64,000 nucleotides of DNA from Dehalococcoidia bacterium (GTDB taxonomy: Bacteria; Chloroflexota; Dehalococcoidia; UBA2979), in contig OZ253555.1 in assembly GCA_965262725.1 (NCBI GenBank), positions 1,696,001-1,760,000 on the forward strand, in the 5' to 3' direction. This document shows, in pieces, positions 37,982 through 47,793 of this stretch (position 1 is the first letter of the stretch; every line of letters starts with the position of its first letter). The translations under genes were made by a program, and so were the position numbers. The notes under the pieces are model-generated. The model did not search any database. It had not been told where the DNA came from and worked only from the letters and a program-made list of their open reading frames with translations.

Positions 37982-38344
37982 CTACGCCGGCGGCGCGCGC
38001 TGCCAGTCGTCCTCCTCCAGCTCGGCGATGAGGAGCCGCATCAGCTCGTCCGGGCCGCAGAAGGCGAGTGGGCCGTCTGCGGCCTCGGCGGCGAGCGCCG
38101 CGCCCAGCGCCTGATCGGGTGTCCCGACCGCGGGCGCGGCGGGCGGCTGGGAGCGGCTCCCCGCGTACCGAATCGCGCTCAGGCGCCGCTCGTCGGCGCG
38201 CACCGCCTCCTCGAAGCGGCTCAGCAGGTCGAGCGAGTCCCGGGGGAGCGCAGCGAGCAACCGCTCGCGAGCCGCCTCCGGGGCCCCCGGAGTCTCCGCG
38301 GCCTCACCCCATCGCGTCTGGTCCACGTCACCTAACCCCCGCAC
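37982..38344 (-). CDS. Hypothetical protein
   Basis: 120 aa ORF with GAGGAG SD. Confidence 0.5.
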   Translation of the reverse strand: MRGLGDVDQTRWGEAAETPGAPEAARERLLAALPRDSLDLLSRFEEAVRADERRLSAIRYAGSRSQPPAAPAVGTPDQALGAALAAEAADGPLAFCGPDELMRLLIAELEEDDWQRAPPA

Positions 38345-38416
38345 GACTCACTCCTCGCCGCCTCGATCGTCGGTCGCCCCGGGCGAGCCGTACCAGCGCC
38401 CTGCCCCATCCCCCGG

Positions 38417-39781
38417 TTACCCTGCGCGGAGCTCCCGGAGGGCGTCCTCGACGCCCTTGTGGAAGGTGGGATAGGCGAAGTGCATGCGGCGGAACTCGTC
38501 GACGGGCACCGCGGCGTGGACGGCGAGCGCCAGCATGCCAAGTACCTCGCCCCCGTGCGGGCCGACCGAGGTGGCACCGACCAGGACGCCCCGCTCGGCG
38601 TCCTCGACGAGCTTGATAAACCCCTCGTTCCCCGCCTTGTGCATCCACCCGCGCGCGGTCCACGGGACCTGCTGCGTTCCGACGCGCACCTGCATGCCGG
38701 CGTCCCGCGCCTGTTGCTCGCTCAGCCCGACCGCCCCGACCTCGGGGTCGGTGAAAGTCGCGCGCGCCGACCCGCGGTAGTCGGCGGCGCGGACATCGCG
38801 TCCGAGGATGTCGGCGATCGCAATGCTCGCCTGGTAGTACGCCATGTGCGTGAAGAGGCCGGTGCCGGTCGCGTCTCCGATCGCCCAGAGCCCGTCGCCC
38901 GCGCGCATCCGCCCATCGACCGGAACGAAGCGTGCGCCCTCCTCGAGGCCGACCGTGCCGACGCCGAGCCCCCGCAGGTCTGTGGTCCGGCCCGTCGCGA
39001 CGAGCAGCTGCTCCGCGTCGACGGTCTCGCCGCCGTCGAGAGTGAGGCGCACGCCGGGGCCGGCGGCTTCCACCAGGGTGGCGGCGGCGCCGGTGCGCAC
39101 GCCGATCCCCTCGCGCTCGAAGACATCGGCAATGAGCGCGCCCACCTCCGGCTCCTCGAGCGGGAGCAGGCGGTCGAGCGCCTCGACCACCGTGACGGCC
39201 ACGCCGAAGCGGGAGAGCGCCTGACCGATCTCCATCCCGATCGCGCCGCCGCCCAGCACGACCAGTGAGGCGGGGAGCTTCTCCACCTGCACCGCCTCGT
39301 GGTTGGTCCAGTAGTCGACGCCCGCGAGGCCGGGGATAGGCGGCACCGCGGGGCTCGTGCCGGTGGCGATGACCACGGCGCGGCTCGCCTCGATCTCGTC
39401 GCCGTCGACCACCACGCGGCCCGGCCCGACAAGGCGCCCCTCGCCGCGCACGAAGTGCCCGCCCTTGCCGACGAAACGGTCGACGGCGACCTGATCGTTC
39501 CAGTGGTCGGTCGCCTCCTCGCGGATGCGCTGAGCCACGGGCGCCCAGTCCGGCGTGACGCTTACCTCCCCGGCCATCCCCGGGATGCGCCGGGCCTCCG
39601 CCAGCAGGTTCGCCGCCCGGATCATCATCTTCGAGGGGATGCACCCGTAGTACGGACACTCGCCGCCGATGAGGTGGCGCTCGATGCCGACCACCGTGAG
39701 CCCGGCCTCGGCGAGAGTCCCTCCGACGTGCTCGCCGCCCGGGCCGAGCCCGATCACCACCACGTCCGCCTGCCGTTTCAC
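38417..39781 (-). CDS. Class I pyridine nucleotide-disulfide oxidoreductase (LpdA/MerA-like)
   Basis: GLGPGG, GGECPYYGCIPSK, GGGAIG and AIGD; C-terminal AYPT. Confidence 0.9.
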   Translation of the reverse strand: MKRQADVVVIGLGPGGEHVGGTLAEAGLTVVGIERHLIGGECPYYGCIPSKMMIRAANLLAEARRIPGMAGEVSVTPDWAPVAQRIREEATDHWNDQVAVDRFVGKGGHFVRGEGRLVGPGRVVVDGDEIEASRAVVIATGTSPAVPPIPGLAGVDYWTNHEAVQVEKLPASLVVLGGGAIGMEIGQALSRFGVAVTVVEALDRLLPLEEPEVGALIADVFEREGIGVRTGAAATLVEAAGPGVRLTLDGGETVDAEQLLVATGRTTDLRGLGVGTVGLEEGARFVPVDGRMRAGDGLWAIGDATGTGLFTHMAYYQASIAIADILGRDVRAADYRGSARATFTDPEVGAVGLSEQQARDAGMQVRVGTQQVPWTARGWMHKAGNEGFIKLVEDAERGVLVGATSVGPHGGEVLGMLALAVHAAVPVDEFRRMHFAYPTFHKGVEDALRELRAG

Positions 39782-39894
39782 CGATGCCTCCTCGTGCCGC
39801 CGGGGGGCGCCCGCCTCCCGCGGCGACTGTACCGGGCGCCCGGGGCAACCGCACGCGCCCGACCGCAGCGGCGGAAGCGTCGTGCCGGTGTGCG

Positions 39895-41019
39895 CTAGGC
39901 GAGCAGCTCCGGCGTGAGGGAGGCCACGTCGGGAGCGCCGGCGAGCATCATCGCGAGCTCCACCTCGGCGGCGAGCAGCCCCAGCGCGTGCCGGACGCCC
40001 TCCTCCCCGCCTCCCCCGGCGCCGGCCGCGAGCGCCCAGAGCACCGGGCGGCCGAGCATCACCGCGTGAGCGCCCGATGCCAGCGCCTTCAGCACGTCGG
40101 TGCCGCGTCGGATGCCGCCGTCGACCAGGACGACGGCGCGCCCGTCGCCGGCCCGGGAGACCGCCTCCGCGACCGCGGGGAGCGCCTCGATGGTGGCGGG
40201 CGCGGTGTCGAGCTGGCGGCCGCCGTGGTTGGAGACGACGACGCCCGCGACGCCGCGCTCCACGGCGAGTCGGCCGTCCCGCGGGTCGAGCACCCCCTTC
40301 ATGAGCACGGGGAGCCGCGTCTCGCCGGCGAGCCACTCCAGGTCGCGCCAGGTGAGCGTGGGGTCGAGGTTCCGCTCGAAGTAGGCGGCCAGGCTCGACC
40401 CGACTCCCGTGGGCTCGAGGCGGGTGCGCTCTTGCTCCGCTGCGGCGATGAGGTTCGCGGCGACGAGACCGGCCGGGAGGTGGAATCCGCTGCGCGCGTC
40501 GCGCTCGCGGTTGCCGAGGCGGGGGGCGTCGACCGTGAGCACGAGTGCCTCGTAGCCGGCGGCCTCGGCGCGCGCGACCAGCTCCCGGGTGAGCCCCCGA
40601 TCCCGGAAGACGTAGAGCTGGAACCACGGGGGCGCCGCCGGCGATCCCGCGGCCGCCACGTCCTCGATCGACGTGGTCGAGAGCGTGGAGAGGGTCATCG
40701 TCACACCCGAGCCGGCGGCGGCGCGGGCGACGCCGAGTTCGCCGTCCGCGTGTGCGAGCCGCTGGAACGCCATCGGCGCGATCACGACCGGCATCGGATG
40801 GCGCCGCCCCAGGAGCTCGACCCCCGTGTCGACCGTCGATACGTCGACGAGCACGCGCGGCACGAGCGCCATCTGCTCGTAGGCGGCGCGGTTGCGGCCG
40901 AGGGTGAGCTCGTCGTGCGCGCCGCCCGCGTAGTAGTCGAACGCCATCGGGTCAAGGGCGGCGCGCGCCCGCTCCTCGAGCTCGAGGAGGTTGAGGGGAG
41001 CGGCTTCGTCCCGGGTCAC
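39895..41019 (-). CDS. FMN-dependent alpha-hydroxy acid oxidase/dehydrogenase
   Basis: DYYAGGA, WFQLY, LTVD, SNHGGRQLD and DGGIRRGTD. Confidence 0.95.
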   Translation of the reverse strand: MTRDEAAPLNLLELEERARAALDPMAFDYYAGGAHDELTLGRNRAAYEQMALVPRVLVDVSTVDTGVELLGRRHPMPVVIAPMAFQRLAHADGELGVARAAAGSGVTMTLSTLSTTSIEDVAAAGSPAAPPWFQLYVFRDRGLTRELVARAEAAGYEALVLTVDAPRLGNRERDARSGFHLPAGLVAANLIAAAEQERTRLEPTGVGSSLAAYFERNLDPTLTWRDLEWLAGETRLPVLMKGVLDPRDGRLAVERGVAGVVVSNHGGRQLDTAPATIEALPAVAEAVSRAGDGRAVVLVDGGIRRGTDVLKALASGAHAVMLGRPVLWALAAGAGGGGEEGVRHALGLLAAEVELAMMLAGAPDVASLTPELLA

Positions 41020-41089
41020 GCTCCCGGTGCCTTCCGGGAGGCCGGCCGCCCCCGTGCGTGGGCGGCGCCGATCTTCGTGCTCCCGGTGC

Positions 41090-42010
41090 CTACAGCCACG
41101 TGCCGGGCCGCTCCTCCCAGACGAACTGCAGCAGCATGCCGCCGGTGTCGTGCGGGTGCAGGAAGGCCTCGCGGTAGCGCGCGCCCTCGACCGTGCCTTC
41201 CTCGACGCCGAAGGGCCGCACGCCGTGGTGCGCGCAGGCCGCGAGGGCGCGTTCCCAGTCCGCGACGAGGAACGTGACGTGGTGCGGCCCGGGCCCGCGC
41301 GCGTCGAGGAAGCGCTGGATGAAGGATCCCTCGCCGCGGGGTGCGATGACCTCCCATCTCATCTCGCCCGTGGGGAGATCGAGCACGGCCGTGTCGTAGT
41401 CGCGATCCGGCTCACGGGGCCCGCGGAAGACCGTACGGAAGCCGAAGAGCTGCTCGTACCAGCCGGCGAGCGACTCGCGATCCGAGCCGGCGTGCGAGAG
41501 GTGGTGCAGCTCGGTGATGCCGAGTGTCGGGTGCCCGGGATCCCAGCGCTCGGCTCGCATCCGCTCGGCGTCGTTCCACTCCGGCCCGGCGAAGAGCTGG
41601 ATGAGCAGGCCCCGCCCGCCGCGGCGGGGGTGCAGGAAGGTCACGGCGCGGCCGTCGTTCTCGCCGGCGGTCTCGGTGCCGAACGGCTCGATACCCGCGC
41701 GCCGCAGCTCGTCGAGGGCTTCCTCGAGGTCCTCGACCTGGAAGGCGACGTGATGCAGCCCCGGTCCCAGGGGACCCTCCAGAAAGCCGCTCAGGAAGGA
41801 GTGCGCGCCCGTCGGCGCCAGCACCTCCCACCCGACGCCGGAGCGCCCCGGCACGTCGAACGAGACGCCGACGAAACCCTGTCCCTCGTATGGGTAGGTC
41901 TCGCGCCGCCGGAAGCCGAGGAGCCCCTCGAGGATCGCGGACTGCCGCTTCTCGTCCGGGACGGCCATCGCGATGTGGTCGACGTGGAGCGTCTCGATAA
42001 CCACGTGCAC
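41090..42010 (-). CDS. Tandem VOC-domain protein (methylmalonyl-CoA epimerase-like)
   Basis: Two repeats of H...EV-AP...GPG-HHV-F...FLHP...GLLIQL. Confidence 0.85.
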   Translation of the reverse strand: MHVVIETLHVDHIAMAVPDEKRQSAILEGLLGFRRRETYPYEGQGFVGVSFDVPGRSGVGWEVLAPTGAHSFLSGFLEGPLGPGLHHVAFQVEDLEEALDELRRAGIEPFGTETAGENDGRAVTFLHPRRGGRGLLIQLFAGPEWNDAERMRAERWDPGHPTLGITELHHLSHAGSDRESLAGWYEQLFGFRTVFRGPREPDRDYDTAVLDLPTGEMRWEVIAPRGEGSFIQRFLDARGPGPHHVTFLVADWERALAACAHHGVRPFGVEEGTVEGARYREAFLHPHDTGGMLLQFVWEERPGTWL

Positions 42011-42128
42011 CGTCCCGTACGCTGCGCCGCTCTCCGGCCGGCCCGAGTGTGCCGCGCGGTCGTGCCTCGCGCCAGCGCAGTGCGCTAGACTGCCGTCGCC
42101 GCTCGGCGGCGCGCCGACGTGGAGTCCC

Positions 42129-42758
42129 ATGTTCGTCATCGTCGTTCAGATCCGGGCGAGCGACCCCGATGCGCACGCCGCGCAGCACGAGCTCTACGCG
42201 CAGCTCGCCGGGCGCTATCCGGGCATGACGTACAAGCACGTCATGCGCTCGCACGCGGACGGGGATCGCTACATCGACCTCATGGCCTGGGAGAACCAGC
42301 AGCAATCCGAGGCCTTCGGCGTCGACCCCGAGTACCAGCGGCTTCGGCCCCCCCGGAGCGCCACCCGCCCCTCGCCGAGCCAGTTCTCGGATGCGAACCC
42401 CGGCTACTACGGGCCCGTCGCCGAGATGGCGCGCCCCGGGGCGGCGATCGTGGGCCAGGACGTCGCCTTCGTCTCCGCGCGACCGGGGGGCGAGGGAGAG
42501 CTGGCCGCGGCGTCGCGCGACCTCGCGGCGGCCGCCGACGAGCTGCCGGCGCTCTCCTCGCTGCGAGTGCTGCGCAACCTCGGCTGGCCGGCGCAGCACG
42601 TGATCGTCGTCGCCGCGAGCGACGCCGCGGATATCGCCTCGGCCGAGCCGACGCGGGCGGCGTGGGAGCGCTTCGTCGCCTGCTGCACGGCCCCGCCCGA
42701 CTGGGAGTCGGGGCACCTGGTCGTTAGGTGGGACGCGGAGGAGCCGGCCCGGAACTAG
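42129..42758 (+). CDS. ABM-like (dimeric alpha+beta barrel) two-domain protein
   Basis: PG...RYIDLMAWENQQQSEAF ferredoxin-like ABM pattern, repeated in the C-half. Confidence 0.6.
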   Translation: MFVIVVQIRASDPDAHAAQHELYAQLAGRYPGMTYKHVMRSHADGDRYIDLMAWENQQQSEAFGVDPEYQRLRPPRSATRPSPSQFSDANPGYYGPVAEMARPGAAIVGQDVAFVSARPGGEGELAAASRDLAAAADELPALSSLRVLRNLGWPAQHVIVVAASDAADIASAEPTRAAWERFVACCTAPPDWESGHLVVRWDAEEPARN

Positions 42759-42782
42759 ACACGGGGAGAGGGGAGACGGTCC

Positions 42783-43106
42783 ATGTTCGTCGCGACGGCG
42801 GAGGAGCGGATGATCCCGGGCCACCGCATCGAGCTCGAGGCGGCGCACCGCGAGGCGGTCGGGCGCCTGGGCGCGGAGCCGGGCTTTCTCGGATCACGGC
42901 TGCTGCACTTCGCGGGCGGTCCCTACCGCTACCTCTGGGAGATGAGCTGGAGCTCGCGGGAGGCGTGGGAGGACTTCTTCGACAGCGGGCGCTTCGAGCG
43001 GCTGCGCGAGCCCATCGACGCGGAGCTCTCCGAGCCCTTCTCGCTCACCCTTTACAACGTCCCCGTCGCCGGCGAGAGCGCCGTGCGGCACGGTGCGGGA
43101 GTCTAG
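42783..43106 (+). CDS. Antibiotic biosynthesis monooxygenase (ABM) family protein
   Basis: EPGFLGSRLL...YLWEMSWSSREAWEDF. Confidence 0.75.
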   Translation: MFVATAEERMIPGHRIELEAAHREAVGRLGAEPGFLGSRLLHFAGGPYRYLWEMSWSSREAWEDFFDSGRFERLREPIDAELSEPFSLTLYNVPVAGESAVRHGAGV

Positions 43107-43110
43107 CGCC

Positions 43111-43821
43111 GTGTCCGCCGCCGGGAGCGCGAACCACAGCCCGCCGCTCTTCGCGGTGCAGGGCATCAGCCGCGTCCTCCGGGAGCCGGAGGTGGTTGGA
43201 CGGCATGAGCGTGCCTACGACGCGCTGCTCCAGCGCGTCGACTGCCCCGGGATGTACTGGAACCTCTACCTGAAGGGACTGGACGACCCCGCTTCCAGCA
43301 TCCACATGCAGGTGTGGGCGAGCCAGCGGCACTCCGAGGAGTTCGGCGTCAGCCCCGGCTTCCAGGCGCTCCGCGGGGAGCTGTCGACGTCGGGCGGACC
43401 GAGGGGCCTGATGGTGGGGCCGCTCTCGCCGGGCTACTGGAGGCCGCTCTTCGAGGAGGTCGTCCGGACCGAGCCGACGGGGTGCGAACTCGACGGCGAC
43501 GACCTCGGCGTCGCGCTCCACGGCCTGACCTTCGTGAGGCCGGGGAGCGAGCGCGCCTACATCGCGGCGGAGCGGGCGGCGGCGGCGGCGTTCGCCGCGT
43601 CGGGCGGCATCTACGCGATGCGCTGTTTGCAGAACCTCGGGCATCCGGGCGCCTTCACGTGGGTGCGCCACGCCCCGGACCGGACCGCTCTCGATGCGGC
43701 GCTCGCCGCGGCCGCGGATGCCGAGGAGAGGCGTGCTGAGCTCGCCGCGGAGGAGACGGTCGGTCGCTACCGCGTCTGGCTGCTCTCAACGTGGCCCGAG
43801 CGCCGCGCCGGCGCGGCCTGA
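43111..43821 (+). CDS. ABM-like two-domain protein
   Basis: CPGMYW...MQVWASQRHSEEFGVSPGFQ; paralogous to 42129-42758 (shared SE-FGV-P, PGY and NLG-P). Confidence 0.6.
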   Translation: MSAAGSANHSPPLFAVQGISRVLREPEVVGRHERAYDALLQRVDCPGMYWNLYLKGLDDPASSIHMQVWASQRHSEEFGVSPGFQALRGELSTSGGPRGLMVGPLSPGYWRPLFEEVVRTEPTGCELDGDDLGVALHGLTFVRPGSERAYIAAERAAAAAFAASGGIYAMRCLQNLGHPGAFTWVRHAPDRTALDAALAAAADAEERRAELAAEETVGRYRVWLLSTWPERRAGAA

Positions 43822-43927
43822 GGGCCGCCGCCGCGGATGCCGGGACGGGGATGCGCCCCCGTTGCCCTGAGGCGGGCGGTCCTCATCGCCAGGGTCCGCT
43901 CGTGGACCGCGCCGGGAGGACCCTGAG

Positions 43928-45058
43928 ATGGCCGTGAGCTACCCGGCGCCGCGCGTCGCCGCGGTGCACGCGGCCCCCGTCTTTCTCGACCTGGAGCGAT
44001 CGGTGGCGAAGGCGTGCGCGTTGATCGACGAGGCGGCGCGCGCCGGTGCCGAACTCATCGCCTTCCCGGAGTCCTACCTGCCGGCCTTTCCCCTCTGGTC
44101 GGCGGTGACGGCCCCGATCGCGGCGCACGAGTTCTTCCGCCGCCTGGCCCAGAACGCGATGCGGGTGCCGGGGCCCGAACTCGAGAGCATCGCCCGCGTC
44201 GCCAGGCTGCGCGGCGTGCTCGTCTCCCTCGGCCTGACGGAGGGCACGGACCAGAGCGTCGGCACGCTCTGGAACGCCAACGTGCTCATCGGGCCGGACG
44301 GCTCCGTGCTCAATCACCATCGCAAGCTCGTGCCGACGTTCTACGAGAAGCTGACGTGGGCTCCCGGCGACGGCGCCGGACTGCGTGTCGTCGAGAGCAC
44401 CGCAGGGCGCATCGGCATGCTGATCTGCGGCGAGAACACGAACCCGCTCGCGCGCTACGCGCTCGCGGCGCAGGGCGAGCAGATTCACGTCTCCAGCTAC
44501 CCACCCGCCTGGCCGACGCGCGATCCCGCCCACGGCGGCAACTACGACCTCGAGGCGGCGATCCGGCTGCGCGCCGGCGCGCACGCCTTCGAGGCGAAGG
44601 TCTTCAACGTCGTCGCCTCGGGCTACATCGATGCGTCGACGCGCGCTGCCCTGGCTCCGCTCGGTGCCGACGCGCTGCGCATCCTGGAGGAGAGCCCGCG
44701 CGGCATCTCCCTGGTCATCGGGCCCTCGGGGGCTCCCGTGTCGGAGACGCTGCGCGACGAGGAGGGGATCCTCTACGCCGATCTGGACCTCGCCGACAGC
44801 GTCGAACCGAAGCAGTTCCACGACATCACGGGCGGCTACAACCGCTTCGACGTCTTCCGACTCACGGTCGATCGCACCGCACAGCGCCCGGTCGCGTTCA
44901 CCGCCTCGGGCGAGCCGCGGGGCGGTGGCCCCGCGGCCGCGTCACCGGCGGATCGCGGCGCGCCGCCGCTCGTCGCCCGGGACGCGGGAGGAGACGGGTC
45001 GGGCGGCCGCGTCACCGGGGCCGGCGACGGCGGGGCGCTTCCCCGCCAGCGGGGCTAG
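43928..45058 (+). CDS. Nitrilase (carbon-nitrogen hydrolase, branch 1)
   Basis: FPES, HRKLVPTFYE and LICGEN form the E-K-C triad; DITGGYNRFD. Confidence 0.92.
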   Translation: MAVSYPAPRVAAVHAAPVFLDLERSVAKACALIDEAARAGAELIAFPESYLPAFPLWSAVTAPIAAHEFFRRLAQNAMRVPGPELESIARVARLRGVLVSLGLTEGTDQSVGTLWNANVLIGPDGSVLNHHRKLVPTFYEKLTWAPGDGAGLRVVESTAGRIGMLICGENTNPLARYALAAQGEQIHVSSYPPAWPTRDPAHGGNYDLEAAIRLRAGAHAFEAKVFNVVASGYIDASTRAALAPLGADALRILEESPRGISLVIGPSGAPVSETLRDEEGILYADLDLADSVEPKQFHDITGGYNRFDVFRLTVDRTAQRPVAFTASGEPRGGGPAAASPADRGAPPLVARDAGGDGSGGRVTGAGDGGALPRQRG

Positions 45059-45156
45059 GCTGGGGACCACCCCGGTCGGCGCCGAAGGCAGCCCGGCGGT
45101 GGCCCGCCCGCCCGCGTCGGACGCGGGACAGCCCCGCGATCAGGATGGAGGTTCGA

Positions 45157-46248
45157 TTGCCCTACGACACGCTCGCCACCGAACTCGTCGGCAGTTACGC
45201 GAAGCCGCCGTGGCTCGTCGATCTCTCGAAACCGACCGCGATCGACCAGAGCGAGTGGTGGCGCGTCCCCCCCGAGCGGCTCCAGGCCGCCCAGGATGAC
45301 GCGGTACTGCTCGCGATCGCCGACCAGGAGCGCGCCGGACTCGATTACGTCACCGACGGCGAGCAGCGGCGGCAGAGTTTCTCCGGCTACTTCATGCGCC
45401 TCGGGGGCATCGATACCGAGAACTGGAGTGACCGCTACGGGGAAGGGACGCCCCGTACCAGCGACGTCGCCGACTACATCTCGATCCGCGACGTCTCGCG
45501 CCTGCGGACGGGGATGATGCGGATGGGCCCGACGGTGACCGGCCCGATCACCTGGGACGGTCCGCTCTCCGTGTCCGACCTCGAGTTCCTGCGCCGCCAC
45601 ACGTCGCGCGGGAGCAAGGTGACCGTGATCGGCCCGGCGACTCTCGCGGTGCGCATCGCCGACCGCTACTACGGCGACATGGGGAGACTGATGCTGGCGC
45701 TCGCCGACGCGCTCAACCACGAGGTTCGTGCGCTGGCGGCGGCCGGGGCCGACCTGATCCAGATCGACGACCCCGAGCTCCACTTCAACCAGTCACGGGT
45801 GCGCGACTGGGCGACGGAGGCGCTCTCGCGCACCGTCGCCGGCGTCGGGGCGCGGACGGCCGTGCACATCTGCTACGGCTATGCGCAGAACATCGCCAGC
45901 AAGCGCGTGAACCCCGCCTACGCCGAGGCGATGCGGATGATCGCCGCCTCCGACGTCGACGAGATCAGCATCGAGTACGAGCAGCCCGGCCACGAGCCGG
46001 ACGTCCTCGAGCACGCCGGCGACAAGGCGGTGATCCTCGGGCTGCTCAACCTCGCGCCGGAGGCACCGGTGGAGAGGACCGAGCACATCGTGGAGCGGGC
46101 GCGCGCGGCACTTCAGATGCTGCCGCCGGAGCGGCTGCGCCTGGCGCCCGACTGCGGCATGTGGTTCCTCCCGCGCGAGACGGCGCAGCGCAAGATCAGC
46201 GCGCTCGCCGCCGCGTCGAGGGCGCTGCGCACGGAACTCGGCCACTAG
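45157..46248 (+). CDS. Cobalamin-independent methionine synthase II family (single-domain MetE-like Zn alkyltransferase)
   Basis: VGSY, TDGEQRR, IQID, HICYG, ISIE and PDCG; TTG start after GGAGG. Confidence 0.88.
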   Translation: MPYDTLATELVGSYAKPPWLVDLSKPTAIDQSEWWRVPPERLQAAQDDAVLLAIADQERAGLDYVTDGEQRRQSFSGYFMRLGGIDTENWSDRYGEGTPRTSDVADYISIRDVSRLRTGMMRMGPTVTGPITWDGPLSVSDLEFLRRHTSRGSKVTVIGPATLAVRIADRYYGDMGRLMLALADALNHEVRALAAAGADLIQIDDPELHFNQSRVRDWATEALSRTVAGVGARTAVHICYGYAQNIASKRVNPAYAEAMRMIAASDVDEISIEYEQPGHEPDVLEHAGDKAVILGLLNLAPEAPVERTEHIVERARAALQMLPPERLRLAPDCGMWFLPRETAQRKISALAAASRALRTELGH

Positions 46249-47641
46249 CAGGGTCGGGAAAAAGGCCCCCTTTGGCGCGGCCACGGAGCGAATCACCGCC
46301 AAGAGGGCGTATGCGGCGTCATTTCGGGGCCGATTCTGGCCCCCTCCGGGGCTCTCTCACCCCGTCCGGGCGCCCCGGGACCTACTCCGGGCGCACTACG
46401 CCCGTGACAGCGCGGCGTCGATATTGGCCACGCGCACCAGGTTGTACGCGGCAGCGCCCATCTCCATCCAGAAACCGTTGACCTGTTCGCCGATGTAGCG
46501 GAGCTTGCGCCCGCCCCCCACGGTCTTCAGCCACCCGAAGCTCTCCTCCACCATCTTGCGCCGGCGCTGACTCACCTCGTAGCCGGGCGTCTGCGCCACC
46601 TCCTCGGGGATGGCGCTGTGCTTCGCTCGCCGTGCCACGTGCGGCACGACCCCGAGTTCGCACAGCCCCTCCACGAAGTGCTTCGCGTCGTATCCCTTGT
46701 CGGCGCCCAGCGTCGCCCCCGGTGTCAGGCTGCGCTCGGCCATGGCCAGCGCCGCATCCCGCTCCGCCCGCCCGTGCGCCGTCGTGAGCTCGACATCGAC
46801 GATGAGCCCGTTGCGGTTCTCCGTCATCACATGCCCGATGTAGCTCGGGCGCGCCGCCTGCCCGTTCCCCTTCCGGTACAGGTGCGCGCCGGGATCGGTC
46901 GTGCTGACGTGGGTGTCCCGGTGCCGGCGCTCGCCGCGGAAGTCGACGTCCGGATTGCGGCCCGCAGGCTTGTCCCCGTCCTGCTCGTCGCGTGACCGGT
47001 AGCTCTTGTGCGACGCCCACGCCTCGAGCTGCGACCCGTCGACCGTGAAGTGCTCCTCGGACAGCAGGTTCCGCTCCCTCGCCTCCCTCACGACTTCCTC
47101 GAAGAACCCCCGGGCGATGTCGCCGTCAAGGAGCCGGGAGCGGTTCTTCGAGAACGTGGAGCGGTCGAAGGAACCGGGGTCTCCCGGGAGGTCGAGGAAC
47201 CACTTGAACGCCATGTCGGACCGCAGCCGCTCGCAGAACTGGCTCTCGCTACGAATCGAGAAGAAGGCGATGAGGAGTGTCGACTTGAGCAGCGTCTCGG
47301 GCGGAATCGACGGTCGCCCGGACTCGCTGTAGAGACCGTCGAAGCGCGGGGAGAGATTGGCGAGCGCCCGGTCGACGATGGGCTTGATGCGTCGGAGCGG
47401 GTGGTCGCTGGGGACGAACATCTCCGGGTAGGTGAGAGTGGCGCGGCCCTGGTCCTCGCTCTGTCCTCGCATCGATATCCTCCCTCGTGGGGGTCCCTCT
47501 TGTATGATCGTTAGTGTACTCGTCTTATCAGTTACAGTCGACCACTACCTGGGGCTTCTGACAGCTACCGGGGGCGTTTGTTGCACCCGCGGGGCACCGC
47601 CGGCCATGCTCCGGGCACCCAGGGAGAAAATCACAACCCTG
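46249..47641 (-). mobile_element. IS5-family element with CTAG target duplication
   Basis: CAGGGT...ACCCTG ends; CTAG at 46245-46248 and 47642-47645. Confidence 0.9.
46396..47472 (-). CDS. IS5-family transposase
   Basis: VPSDHPLR, GRPSIPPE, FTVDG, GADKGYD, RKMVEESFG and AAYNL. Confidence 0.95.
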   Translation of the reverse strand: MRGQSEDQGRATLTYPEMFVPSDHPLRRIKPIVDRALANLSPRFDGLYSESGRPSIPPETLLKSTLLIAFFSIRSESQFCERLRSDMAFKWFLDLPGDPGSFDRSTFSKNRSRLLDGDIARGFFEEVVREARERNLLSEEHFTVDGSQLEAWASHKSYRSRDEQDGDKPAGRNPDVDFRGERRHRDTHVSTTDPGAHLYRKGNGQAARPSYIGHVMTENRNGLIVDVELTTAHGRAERDAALAMAERSLTPGATLGADKGYDAKHFVEGLCELGVVPHVARRAKHSAIPEEVAQTPGYEVSQRRRKMVEESFGWLKTVGGGRKLRYIGEQVNGFWMEMGAAAYNLVRVANIDAALSRA

Positions 47642-47649
47642 CTAGGGCG

Positions 47650-47752
47650 GCGCCCCTGCGCGGCGCGCGGATCTCGGGAGCGATGCGCTCGGCCGCCTCC
47701 GCGGCGAGAGCGTGCCCGCAGTCCTCGAACTCGTGCACATCGGCATCCACGG
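47650..47752 (-). pseudogene. C-terminal relic of an alpha/beta hydrolase
   Basis: ADVHEFEDCGHALAAEAAERIAPEIR resembles the catalytic-His segment; no upstream part. Confidence 0.4.
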
Positions 47753-47793
47753 GCGCCGGGGTCCAGCGCGGCCGCCGGCACCGCGGGGCCGGG

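Noticed and set aside
38417-40627. 736-aa fusion ORF
   Set aside because: The upstream part is an off-frame shadow of the hydroxy-acid oxidase; the real gene starts at GTG 39781.
44014-46248. 744-aa nitrilase-MetE fusion
   Set aside because: The N-terminal half is a shadow frame of the nitrilase; the MetE-like gene has its own SD near 45147.
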